From: Paludibacter sp.
GTDB lineage: Bacteria > Bacteroidota > Bacteroidia > Bacteroidales > Paludibacteraceae
Direction: 5' to 3'
DNA: 64,000 nt
Assembly (NCBI GenBank): GCA_034004015.1
Contig: JAVEXN010000010.1
Coordinates: 18,041 to 82,040, forward strand
This document shows positions 30,431-41,339 of the stretch, piece after piece. Position 1 is the stretch's first letter, and each line of letters begins with the position of its first letter. The notes beneath the pieces are model-generated. The model saw nothing but the letters and a program-made list of their open reading frames with translations. It was not told the origin of the DNA and ran no database searches. A program made the position numbers and the translations under genes.

Positions 30431-30883
30431 TTATTTTTTCATCATTCGCTCGCTCAGACGGCGTGCGAAGTCGTTTTGCGACAGTAATGTTTGTTCGTAT
30501 CGGCTTCGGCTCCATACGGCAAAGCGATCGTTCATGCCGGTAAACAACACTTCGTTGTTTTCAATCTGAATGCTTTGCAGATGTCGTTTTGAAATGAGTA
30601 CGCGTCCCTGTGAGTCGATATCGAGCCATTCGGCATCCGACACAAACTGCATAAGAAGCATTTGATCTTCCGGGTTCCACTCGTCGAGCGTGTTTTTCAG
30701 TTGCAAAACGATGTCGTTCCAAACAGGCTCAGGATATAGCACCAGACAGTCGTTGGAGGCATCGCGACGCATAACCACGCGCTCGCGTGCCCCTTCGGGC
30801 AGTAGCTTGCGGTACACCGAGGGGATGAATATCCGTCCCTTGATGTCGGCTTTTGCTTCGTATTTTCCTATAAATGTTGACAT
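30431..30883 (-). CDS. mraZ: division/cell wall cluster transcriptional regulator MraZ
   Basis: Two DxxxR SpoVT/AbrB-like motifs (DIKGRIFIP, DSQGRVLIS), 150 aa from the ATG at 30883. The ORF-track start at 30952 is GTG and runs over the operator repeats. Confidence 0.93.
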   Translation of the reverse strand: MSTFIGKYEAKADIKGRIFIPSVYRKLLPEGARERVVMRRDASNDCLVLYPEPVWNDIVLQLKNTLDEWNPEDQMLLMQFVSDAEWLDIDSQGRVLISKRHLQSIQIENNEVLFTGMNDRFAVWSRSRYEQTLLSQNDFARRLSERMMKK

Positions 30884-30934
30884 GACTGAATGGGTATAGT
30901 TTTGCAAGTGTAAAAGTATAAAAAGATTTTTATA

Positions 30935-30952
30935 TTCCCCACATTTCCCCAC
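30935..30952 (-). promoter_or_regulatory. two GTGGGGAA direct repeats at exact 10-bp phase (MraZ-box-like operator)
   Basis: The plus strand reads ttccccac at 30935-30942 and again at 30945-30952, 52-69 nt upstream of the mraZ ATG. A near-consensus -7 box TActTTTA lies at 30911-30918. Confidence 0.55.
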
Positions 30953-31275
30953 AAAATATTTATCAACAGTTTTTCATGGTTAAACAGTGGGTTTTTAAAC
31001 CATTTATCAACAAGATATAAACAGTGCTTTTTCGTGTTTTAATTATTCATTCTGTTGATTAATAGTATTTTAATGTGTATTTGTGTTGTGAATGTATTTT
31101 GGTGGGGAATTTGTTTAGATTATTTTGTTGTTTTTTGTTTTGGTAGCGCCGAATCTTCAGGTTGTTGAGTGCCGGAATTGCAGGTCATTCTTATAAAGAT
31201 TTGCTATTATCAGGGCTTATAAAAATATTTTTTACAATTTAAGTCTTAATATTTGGCTGTTCAAGACATTCTTTT

Positions 31276-31283
31276 TACATTTG
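31276..31283 (+). promoter_or_regulatory. -7 box TAcaTTTG
   Basis: Exact motif 105 nt upstream of the ATG at 31389. Confidence 0.35.
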
Positions 31284-31388
31284 AAAAATTTTTCCGGTGA
31301 GGCATATTTAGTGCTTGTTGATTTAAACTTTCCGGTCAATTTTAAGTCTTAAATCCTTATTTCAACACTTCAAAAAACCGGAAAAATC

Positions 31389-34016
31389 ATGAATTCACTA
31401 TGCAGGTCGCTGCTTGTTACCCTTGTTGTATTTACAACTTTCCAATTGTCGGCTCATGAACCCGATATCAAAACAATCGCCAAACGCTTTGCCGAACTGT
31501 GGCATTACAATCCGCAGGATAAAGTGTATGTTCATACTGATAAACCCTACTACAATGCAGGAGAAACAATGTGGCTCAATGCCTATGTGTTGAATGCTGC
31601 GACGCATCGACCTGATTCGAAGAGCCGTTTTGTGATTGTTGAGCTGATTGATCAGACCGACTCGGTGGTGACGCGTATAAAAATCAGAAAGGATAGCACT
31701 GCCTTTCCGGGTTATCTGAAAATAAATCCTGAGATTCGTCCGGGTAATTATACGCTCAGGGCTTATACGCATTGGATGAAAAATACAGATGATTTTCTGT
31801 TTAGCCGGAAAATTGAAATTGGAAACAATATTGATACACGCATTAACTGTACCGAGGAATTTGTAAAACTCCCTGATGGTCGCTGGCAGCTGAAACTTCA
31901 GTTTAAGGATACCTACGGAAATGCCATTGCCAATAAGGAGTTCAGCTTTTTTCAAAGCTGGATAAGCGGAAATAAAAAACGTGTTTCGGCCAGCACGCAA
32001 AAGGATGGCAAAATTGTGCTTAACCTTGCGCCAGATCCTCAAAGTGCTGATAAAAAGCATATTGAAATTCGACTTCGTGAGCCCGGAATAAAATTTACTC
32101 AGAAACTTGTCGTTCCTGCCGATCAGCAGGATGTGGCCATTCAGTTTTTTCCCGAAAGTGGTACATTTCTCGACGATGAAGTTCAGAATGTGGCTTTTAA
32201 AGCTATTGGCGCCGATGGTTTGGCGGTGGACGTGGAAGGGAAACTCCTCAATCAGAGCAATGAGGAGTTGATGGATTTCAATTCCTCACACAAGGGAATG
32301 GGTAAGTTTTTTCTGAAAACTAATCCCGGCGAAAGTTATTATGCAATGATAAAAACGGGTGAGAATGCCACTAAAAGAATCAATTTGCCTGCTACAACTT
32401 CACAGGGTATAAGTTTGCAACTCGCACACAACCGTAATCGTGTATTTTACAAACTAATCAATAAAAGCGTTTTGCCTGCCGATTCGCTTCAGCTGCTTGT
32501 GCATGTAAGAGGAGTGGTTTATTTGTTGTTGCCTCTCACTGAACAGGAAGGTTTTATTCCCGAAAATTTATTTCCTGCCGGAGTTGTGACTTTTACCGTA
32601 ATGGATAAGTCGTTGAATACCTGGTGTGAAAGACTTCTCTTTAGCCGTAATTTTCAACTGCCCACAGTGGAGGCAAGTATGCCGAAAGCAAAATACGGGA
32701 AACGCGAAGCTGTGGAAATGAGCTTCCGCATTACTGATCATAAACAATTGCCCTTCAGGGGGAATTTGTCGTTGAGCGTCACCGACAGTGAATTGATTCT
32801 TCCGGACACAGTGGGGGCAAATATTCTGAACTCACTTTTACTTACTTCTGATCTGAAAGGATATATCGAAGAACCGGGAGCTTATTTTGCTGATAATTCG
32901 GCCCGTACACGCGAAATTACCGATTTGCTTATGATGACGCAGGGCTGGCGACGGTTTAATACGGCCGATTTGTTGAAAGCGAAATATCCTGTCAATAAGT
33001 TTTATCTTGAAATGGGGCAGACAGTGTCGGGTAAAGTGCTGAATGCGTTCAATAAGCCCATTGCCGACAGGGATGTAATTATGTATTCGACATACAAAAA
33101 CCGTATTAGCGGAGCAAAAACCGATAGCACAGGCTATTTTGTGATTGATGGAATTGAATATCCGGATAGTACCGAAATGGTTTTGAAAGCCCGAAGTAAA
33201 TCTAAAATTGTGGATGTGGTGCTGATTGCCGATAAGGATACATTTCCGGCTATAAAAACGCCTATGCCTGTGATCCGCAAAAAATCTGCTTTGCCGGAAG
33301 ATTATTATTTGGTAAGTAAAGAAAAGTATTACAACGATGGAGGTATGATGGTTGTAAACCTCGACGAGTTGACAGTAAGTGCGCAGGCGAAACCTGTAAA
33401 TCCGCAGGATGCGCTTTATGCCTCTACAGCTGATAATATGATAGGTTCGGAAAAGCTCGAAGAATGGGCCGGTTTGCCAATTCTGGATATTATTTCGATG
33501 ATTCCCGGTGTGCAATATGATGGGCAGGCTGTTTCAATCAGAGGTGCAGGCAGCAATCCGCTTTTTGTAATTGATGGTATCGAGACCGAAAGAATTGATG
33601 ATGTAATGTATCTCAATACTTCGGATGTTGAAGGCATTTATGTATTTAAAGGTGTTTCAACCACAATTTTTGGTTCGAAAGGTGGAAATGGCGTTATCGC
33701 TATTTCGCTGAAAAAAGGTGCCCGCTACGATAATTTACCTGCAAGCAGCATGGCTCGTGTAAAACCATTGGGATTTCAGAAGCCGGACAGTTTCTACATG
33801 CCGGCCTACGAGGTGGATAGTGTAAGAATGTTGCCAAAAGCCGATTTGCGTACCACCATTTACTGGAATCCGCAACTTATTCCCGACAATAACGGAGTTG
33901 TAAAAGTCAGTTTCTTTACAGCCGATCGTCGCTCCACTTATCGTGCTGAACTCGAAGGAATTGGTAAAAATGGCGAAATTGTGCGTTTCAGTACTGCTTT
34001 TAAACGCGAGGATTAG
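31389..34016 (+). CDS. secreted MG2-like / carboxypeptidase-regulatory-like / TonB-plug domain protein without a beta-barrel
   Basis: Signal peptide and an N-terminal YVHTDKPYYNAGETMWLNAYV (alpha-2-macroglobulin MG2-like). There is a CarbopepD_reg-like segment (GQTVSGKVLN…TDSTGYFVIDG) and a C-terminal plug-like segment (IPGVQYDGQAVSIRGAG…PLFVIDGIE…). The ORF ends about 100 aa after the plug. Confidence 0.75.
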   Translation: MNSLCRSLLVTLVVFTTFQLSAHEPDIKTIAKRFAELWHYNPQDKVYVHTDKPYYNAGETMWLNAYVLNAATHRPDSKSRFVIVELIDQTDSVVTRIKIRKDSTAFPGYLKINPEIRPGNYTLRAYTHWMKNTDDFLFSRKIEIGNNIDTRINCTEEFVKLPDGRWQLKLQFKDTYGNAIANKEFSFFQSWISGNKKRVSASTQKDGKIVLNLAPDPQSADKKHIEIRLREPGIKFTQKLVVPADQQDVAIQFFPESGTFLDDEVQNVAFKAIGADGLAVDVEGKLLNQSNEELMDFNSSHKGMGKFFLKTNPGESYYAMIKTGENATKRINLPATTSQGISLQLAHNRNRVFYKLINKSVLPADSLQLLVHVRGVVYLLLPLTEQEGFIPENLFPAGVVTFTVMDKSLNTWCERLLFSRNFQLPTVEASMPKAKYGKREAVEMSFRITDHKQLPFRGNLSLSVTDSELILPDTVGANILNSLLLTSDLKGYIEEPGAYFADNSARTREITDLLMMTQGWRRFNTADLLKAKYPVNKFYLEMGQTVSGKVLNAFNKPIADRDVIMYSTYKNRISGAKTDSTGYFVIDGIEYPDSTEMVLKARSKSKIVDVVLIADKDTFPAIKTPMPVIRKKSALPEDYYLVSKEKYYNDGGMMVVNLDELTVSAQAKPVNPQDALYASTADNMIGSEKLEEWAGLPILDIISMIPGVQYDGQAVSIRGAGSNPLFVIDGIETERIDDVMYLNTSDVEGIYVFKGVSTTIFGSKGGNGVIAISLKKGARYDNLPASSMARVKPLGFQKPDSFYMPAYEVDSVRMLPKADLRTTIYWNPQLIPDNNGVVKVSFFTADRRSTYRAELEGIGKNGEIVRFSTAFKRED

Positions 34017-35277
34017 TACCCGAATCGTTTTTGTCGAGTACCGAAGCCACAAATGTATCACCGGTTACATTGACCACCGTTCGAAGCATGTCGAGCGGGC
34101 GGTCGATGCCCACAATAAGCGCCAGTCCTTCGATGGGAATTCCCACTGAGCTCATTACCATGACCGTCATCACCATGCTTCCGCCCGGAACGCCCGGAGT
34201 GCCGATAGAAGCGAGCACAGTGAGCATTACGATTGTGAGCATCTGCGCAGCGCTAAGATCGATGCCAAAAATTTGCGCTATAAAGAAAATGGCAATCACC
34301 TGATAACAGCTTGTGCCGTCCATGTTGATGGTGGCGCCAAGAGGTAGAACAAAGGACGAAACTTCTTCGGAGATGCCAAGCTTCTTTTGCGATTGTTCGA
34401 TGGTAAACGGAAGTGTGGCCGAACTCGAACTGGTAGAGAATGCAAGTAGCTGAATAGGAAAGATATTTTTCAGATATTCCGGAATGTTACGTTTGGTGAA
34501 AATGCGTAACATAAGTGGATAAAAGAGCAGTATAAGCATAAGCAGTGATACGACTACCGTAGCCGCATAAAGTCCGAGTGCTGCAAACATACTGCTGTCG
34601 CCCGCAAAGTCGACTATCAGTCCGGCCATGAGTGCAAGTACACCAATTGGTGCAAACTCCATAATCAACTCTACTATCTGTAGAATTATTTTATCGAGTG
34701 AATTTACCACATTCATAAACGCTGCGGTTTCTTTTTCGCCCAACAACACAATGGCGATACCGAAAAGCAACGCCACAAAAATCACCTGAAGCATTGCTGA
34801 ATTATTGCTGCCTGCCAGTATAATATTTTCAGGCACAATGTCCACAATGAAATCCATTGGCCTGCTGTGTTTTATGGCTTCTATCTGGTCGGGCTGCACA
34901 TTTACATTGAACTTTTCCTTGTATTGTGCAGTTTGTTCAGCGCTTATCATTCGTCCCGGTTTTACAAGGTTCACCATGCCCAAGCCCAGTAAAACGGCAA
35001 AAAATGTGGTCGCAATGTAAATGCTAATGGTTTTAAAGCCCAATCCCGACAGCCTGCGAATATTTTTCATGCCAGCTATACCTTTAATCAGCGACAAAAA
35101 TACCAGTGGAACCGCAATCAGTTTCAATAACCGAATGAAAATTGTTCCCCAGGGTTGTATCCAGTTGCTGACAAGCGTGGGCTGGTCTGCTAAAACAAAC
35201 AGATAGCCGATGGCGAATCCGGCCAGCATCCCGATCAGAATTTTGGTATATAATGGCAATTGACGGTATTTTTTCAT
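34000..35277 (-). CDS. dicarboxylate/amino acid:cation symporter (DAACS family)
   Basis: Polytopic GltP/SstT-like sequence, 425 aa. Confidence 0.88.
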   Translation of the reverse strand: MKKYRQLPLYTKILIGMLAGFAIGYLFVLADQPTLVSNWIQPWGTIFIRLLKLIAVPLVFLSLIKGIAGMKNIRRLSGLGFKTISIYIATTFFAVLLGLGMVNLVKPGRMISAEQTAQYKEKFNVNVQPDQIEAIKHSRPMDFIVDIVPENIILAGSNNSAMLQVIFVALLFGIAIVLLGEKETAAFMNVVNSLDKIILQIVELIMEFAPIGVLALMAGLIVDFAGDSSMFAALGLYAATVVVSLLMLILLFYPLMLRIFTKRNIPEYLKNIFPIQLLAFSTSSSSATLPFTIEQSQKKLGISEEVSSFVLPLGATINMDGTSCYQVIAIFFIAQIFGIDLSAAQMLTIVMLTVLASIGTPGVPGGSMVMTVMVMSSVGIPIEGLALIVGIDRPLDMLRTVVNVTGDTFVASVLDKNDSGTNPRV

Positions 35278-35420
35278 GCTTTGCTGATGTTTTATTCCGC
35301 AAAACTAACAAAAAATGCCGAACGGATATAGGACTGCAGTAGGTATTGATAAAAAAGCAGTTATGGAACCTGCCCATAACTGCCTTATTGATTTTGAGAT
35401 TTACTAAATAAACATGTGCA

Positions 35421-37580
35421 TTATTCCTCATCCTTTTTGGATGCTTCATATTCTTTAAGGAGTTTATCCTGAATATCCATTGGTACAAGTTCGTAGCTGG
35501 CAAATTTCATGCTGAACGAAGCGCGTCCACCGGTGAGCGAACTCAAAGTGGTTGAGTAACTTCCAAGTTCTTTCAGCGGAATTTTAGCGGTCAGCTTTTC
35601 GAATCCTTTTTCACTTTCCATACCCATAATAATGGCGCGTCGACCCTGAAGGTCACTCATTACGTCACCCATTTTGTCGGAAGGAACCTGAACGATTACG
35701 TCGTAAATAGGTTCGAGCAGTTTTGGCCCGGCTTCTTTAAAAGCCTGTGCAAAAGCATTTCGTCCGGCAAGGCGGAAGGATATTTCATTTGAATCCACCG
35801 GGTGCATTTTTCCGTCGTATACAATTACGCGCACGTCGCGGGCATACGAACCGGTAAGCGGTCCCTGTTCCATGCGATCCATGATACCTTTCATAATAGC
35901 AGGAATGAATCTCGCATCAATAGAACCACCCACAATGCTGTTAATCAGCACCAATTTACCACCCCATTCGAGTTTAATTTCCTGGGTGTCGCGTACCGAT
36001 ATTTTGTATTCCTGACCTCCGAAACGGAATGTGTCGGGTGCAGGCATACCTTCGGAATAAGGTTCTACAATCAGGTGAACTTCGCCAAACTGTCCTGCAC
36101 CGCCCGATTGTTTTTTGTGACGGTAGTCGGCACGCGAAACTTTTGTAATTGTTTCGCGATACGGAATGCGCGGTTCTTTATATTCGATTGCAATTTTATC
36201 ATTGTTTTCCACTCGCCATTTTAATGTGCGAAGGTGAAATTCTCCCTGCCCGTATAAAATAGTTTGCTTCAGCTCCTTCGATTGTTCGATAATCCAGGTT
36301 GGATCTTCCTGATGCATACGGGTGAGGATTTCGCTCAGTTTTTCTTCGTCGGCTTCAGAAACAGCTCTGATGGCACGACGATATTTTGGCTCAGGATATT
36401 TTATTTCTTTGTAGTCGTATTCGCAACCTTTTGCATTGAGCGTGTCGCCTGTACGAGTGTCTTTTAGCTTTACTGTGGCACCAATATCACCGGCTACGAG
36501 TTCTTCCACTTTTGTGCGTATTTGTCCTGCCACAGAAAACAACTGACTTACACGTTCTTTGGAGCTGCGACTCACATTGATAAGGTCGTCGCCTTCTTTT
36601 ACGCGTCCGCTCATTACTTTGAAGAACGAAACTTCACCAATGTGCGGTTCCACGCTTGTTTTAAATACATACAAGCTTGTAGGCCCTGAAGGGTCGGGCG
36701 CAATCTCTTTACCATCTTTGGTTTGTGGTTTTTCGGTTACGTTTACGCTTGGCGAAACATTTCCTACAAACTCCATAAGGCGACGTACGCACATATCCTT
36801 GCCTGCGCTTACGCAAAATACGGGGAACATGTCGCGGTGCAGCATTCCTTTTCGGATACCCATGCGCATTTCTTCTTCGTCGAGCGAACCCTGATCGAAG
36901 AATTTTTCCATCAATGCTTCATCGTGTTCGGCAGCCGATTCTACCAATGCGTTGTGATATTCCTGAGCTTTTTCAATTTCTGAATCAGGAATTTCAAGTA
37001 CTTCAGGAACTCCACCTTCGGGTTTCCAACGGTACATTTTCATTTTTAAAACATCCACTACTGCATTGAATTGCGGACCAACAGTAACGGGATATTGTAT
37101 AAGGACTACTTTAGAGCCATAGTTTTCTTTGAGTTGCTCCAGGGTTTTGTCGAAATCGGACTTTTCGTGGTCGAGCTGATTAGTTACGAAAATAACAGGT
37201 TTGTTAAACTTTTCAGTGTAGCGGAAGTGATTGTGAGTGCCGACTTCTACACCATATTGTGTATTGAGGAGGATGAGCGCTGTATCGGTTACGTTGAGTG
37301 AAGTAACCACACCGCCAATAAAGTCGTCGGACCCGGGGCAGTCGATAAAGTTAAGTTTCTTGTTGAGCCATTCGGTTTGAATGATGGTCGAAAACACGGA
37401 ATAACCGTATTCTTTCTCCACAGGGAAATAGTCGGACACAGTATTCTGTGCGGCTATAGAGCCTCTGCGTTTTATAACACCACTCTCGTAAAGCATAGCT
37501 TCCACAAGAGTGGTTTTCCCGGAGCCGGAACTTCCCAGAAGTGAGATGTTCTTAATTTCATTTGATTGATATACTTTCAT
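35421..37580 (-). CDS. elongation factor G paralogue with degenerate GTPase motifs (EF-G2-like)
   Basis: Full five-domain EF-G length (719 aa). G1 is GSSGSGKTT, G3 is DCPGSDDF and G4 is TNQLD. Confidence 0.88.
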   Translation of the reverse strand: MKVYQSNEIKNISLLGSSGSGKTTLVEAMLYESGVIKRRGSIAAQNTVSDYFPVEKEYGYSVFSTIIQTEWLNKKLNFIDCPGSDDFIGGVVTSLNVTDTALILLNTQYGVEVGTHNHFRYTEKFNKPVIFVTNQLDHEKSDFDKTLEQLKENYGSKVVLIQYPVTVGPQFNAVVDVLKMKMYRWKPEGGVPEVLEIPDSEIEKAQEYHNALVESAAEHDEALMEKFFDQGSLDEEEMRMGIRKGMLHRDMFPVFCVSAGKDMCVRRLMEFVGNVSPSVNVTEKPQTKDGKEIAPDPSGPTSLYVFKTSVEPHIGEVSFFKVMSGRVKEGDDLINVSRSSKERVSQLFSVAGQIRTKVEELVAGDIGATVKLKDTRTGDTLNAKGCEYDYKEIKYPEPKYRRAIRAVSEADEEKLSEILTRMHQEDPTWIIEQSKELKQTILYGQGEFHLRTLKWRVENNDKIAIEYKEPRIPYRETITKVSRADYRHKKQSGGAGQFGEVHLIVEPYSEGMPAPDTFRFGGQEYKISVRDTQEIKLEWGGKLVLINSIVGGSIDARFIPAIMKGIMDRMEQGPLTGSYARDVRVIVYDGKMHPVDSNEISFRLAGRNAFAQAFKEAGPKLLEPIYDVIVQVPSDKMGDVMSDLQGRRAIIMGMESEKGFEKLTAKIPLKELGSYSTTLSSLTGGRASFSMKFASYELVPMDIQDKLLKEYEASKKDEE

Positions 37581-37795
37581 ACTGTATTAAATTAAAAGAG
37601 ATTAATACTAAAAAATAAAAGGTCAACGATTTTTTTAAATCGTTTGGCAATGTATGAAATTTATATTAAATTTTCATTCGGAAATGTATGTTTTACAACA
37701 TTTTTTGGTGGTTAGTGAAATGTATTTGTGTTATTTAACGGGACGAAAGATTTGTTTGTAGTGCTGTTTGGCTCCCGTATTATGAAAGATAAATG

Positions 37796-37803
37796 TAACT
37801 TTG
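37796..37803 (+). promoter_or_regulatory. -7 box TAacTTTG (folK)
   Basis: Exact motif 34 nt upstream of the ATG at 37837. Confidence 0.5.
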
Positions 37804-37836
37804 CAAATTATAAACTTACAAATCGCAAATTGAATA

Positions 37837-39926
<2,090 letters not shown>

Positions 39927-40042
39927 TTATGCCTGTGCTCAGGCTGTTTGGAGTGCTTTTCACAAAGCAATCCGGATTCTTAATTCATTGTCCGGAACTA
40001 TTCCGTTTTGAAACAGCGGGACTTTTATTTTGTAATACTATT

Positions 40043-40091
40043 AAACAAACAAAGAATAGAACGCATCTGTTTTTATGAATGGTTCTATTCT
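40043..40091 (-). terminator. hairpin terminator after the oxoamine synthase gene
   Basis: agaatagaac / gttctattct forms a 10-bp stem with a 19-nt loop. A T-rich tract (ttgtttgttt) follows on the minus strand. Confidence 0.5.
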
Positions 40092-40121
40092 GTGTTTTAG
40101 TATTGTGTTTTTTACAATAGT

Positions 40122-41309
40122 TTATTCAATAATACCCAACTGACGGGCTGCAATGCTTATTTTGGCTATCGATTCGTCGATTTGCTCAAAAGTATGTGTC
40201 GCCATAAGCGAGTAACGAATGAGCGAATCTTCGGAGCGTACTGCGGGCGAAACCACAGGGTTTACAAATACACCTGCATCCATTAGCATTCGTGTGAGCA
40301 TAAACGTTTTGTTGTTGTCGCGCACATAAAGCGGGATGATGGGCGTTTCGGTAGGGCCTATTTCGAATCCTGCTTTTAGGAATCCTGCTTTAGCCCTGTG
40401 CGTGTTGTCCCACAATGCCTGCTGGCGCCAGCGTTCTTCGGCCATTACATCGAGTGCTGCCAGTACACAACCTGTGGAAGCAGGTGTGATGGATGCACTG
40501 AAAATAAGTGTGCGCGAATTGTGTTTCAGATAGTTGATAATGTTTTTATCAGCAGCAATAAATCCTCCGATTGTTCCGAGCGATTTACTGAAAGTGCCCA
40601 TGATCAGATCCACATCCTGCGATACGCCGAAATGTTCGCACACACCGGCTCCGTTTTCGCCAAACACACCCAGCGAGTGAGCTTCGTCCACCATGATGGA
40701 GGCGTTATATTTTTTCGAAAGCGCTACAATTTCAGGTAGCGGTGCTACATCGCCTTCCATACTGAATACACCATCCACTACAATCACTTTCAACTTGTCG
40801 GGCTCGCACTTTTTCAGAACTCTTTCAAGTGCGTCCATATCGTTGTGTCTGTATTTCAGTTGTTTCGAGAACGAGAGTCGTTTCCCCTCAATAATTGAGG
40901 CGTGAACGAATTCGTCGAAAATCAGATAGTCCTCGCGGCCTGTAATGGCAGGCACAACGCCTGAATTTACCGTAAAGCCTGTGGCGTAAATCAGCGCTTC
41001 TTCTTTGTGAACAAGCTTTGCCAAACGTTCTTCGAGTTCAAGGTGAATGTCGAGTGTTCCGTTCAAAAAACGCGAACCGGCACAACCTGTTCCGTATTTT
41101 TCGATAGCTTTGATAGCGCCTTCTTTCAAACGTGGATGATTGGTAAGTCCGAGATAACTGTTTGAACCAAACATTAATACCTGTTTACCGTTAATGGTAA
41201 CCACAGTGTCCTGATCGGACTCAATAGGGCGGAAATAAGGGTATACACCAAGCTCTTTGGCTTTCTGCGGTGCATCGTATTGTCCAAGTGTTTTACTTAA
41301 CATGCTCAT
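40122..41309 (-). CDS. spt: PLP-dependent alpha-oxoamine synthase, serine palmitoyltransferase-like
   Basis: Class-II aminotransferase fold with the lysine motif GTFSKS. The N-terminal GVYPYFRPIE and overall sequence resemble Bacteroides SPT as I remember it. The ORF-track start is TTG, so the ATG at 41309 is used. Confidence 0.8.
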   Translation of the reverse strand: MSMLSKTLGQYDAPQKAKELGVYPYFRPIESDQDTVVTINGKQVLMFGSNSYLGLTNHPRLKEGAIKAIEKYGTGCAGSRFLNGTLDIHLELEERLAKLVHKEEALIYATGFTVNSGVVPAITGREDYLIFDEFVHASIIEGKRLSFSKQLKYRHNDMDALERVLKKCEPDKLKVIVVDGVFSMEGDVAPLPEIVALSKKYNASIMVDEAHSLGVFGENGAGVCEHFGVSQDVDLIMGTFSKSLGTIGGFIAADKNIINYLKHNSRTLIFSASITPASTGCVLAALDVMAEERWRQQALWDNTHRAKAGFLKAGFEIGPTETPIIPLYVRDNNKTFMLTRMLMDAGVFVNPVVSPAVRSEDSLIRYSLMATHTFEQIDESIAKISIAARQLGIIE

Positions 41310-41339
41310 TGTTTGTATTTTTGATAAATTAAGCGGCTG

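Noticed and set aside
14995-30883. Absence of murF, ddl and murB from the dcw cluster.
   Set aside because: As far as I know, the order mraZ-rsmH-ftsL-ftsI-murE-mraY-murD-ftsW-murG-murC-ftsQ-ftsA-ftsZ without murF/ddl is the usual Bacteroidota arrangement. It is not an anomaly of this locus.
30897-30904. A plus-strand TAgtTTTG match just upstream of the mraZ start.
   Set aside because: It points away from mraZ, and the next plus-strand gene is 485 nt away with its own better-placed box. It is probably a chance occurrence in AT-rich DNA.
30884-30952. N-terminal ORF-track extensions: mraZ from a GTG at 30952, rlmN 60676-60828, HAD 5465-5524, TonB receptor 44190-44285, spt 41310-41342, murC 20346-20366 and ykgJ 41429-41434.
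   Set aside because: Most of these extensions begin at TTG or GTG, and the rest at upstream in-frame ATGs. They run through hairpins, repeats or operator-like sequence and add non-homologous residues ahead of a clean ATG followed by family-typical N-termini or signal peptides.
37812-37826. The 12-mer aaacttacaaat in the folK leader is identical to the inner arm of the nested inverted repeat at 47780-47791. Both also have caaattataa nearby.
   Set aside because: This is a short AT-rich match with no extended similarity on either side. It is most simply coincidence, although a genome-wide count of the 12-mer would settle it.
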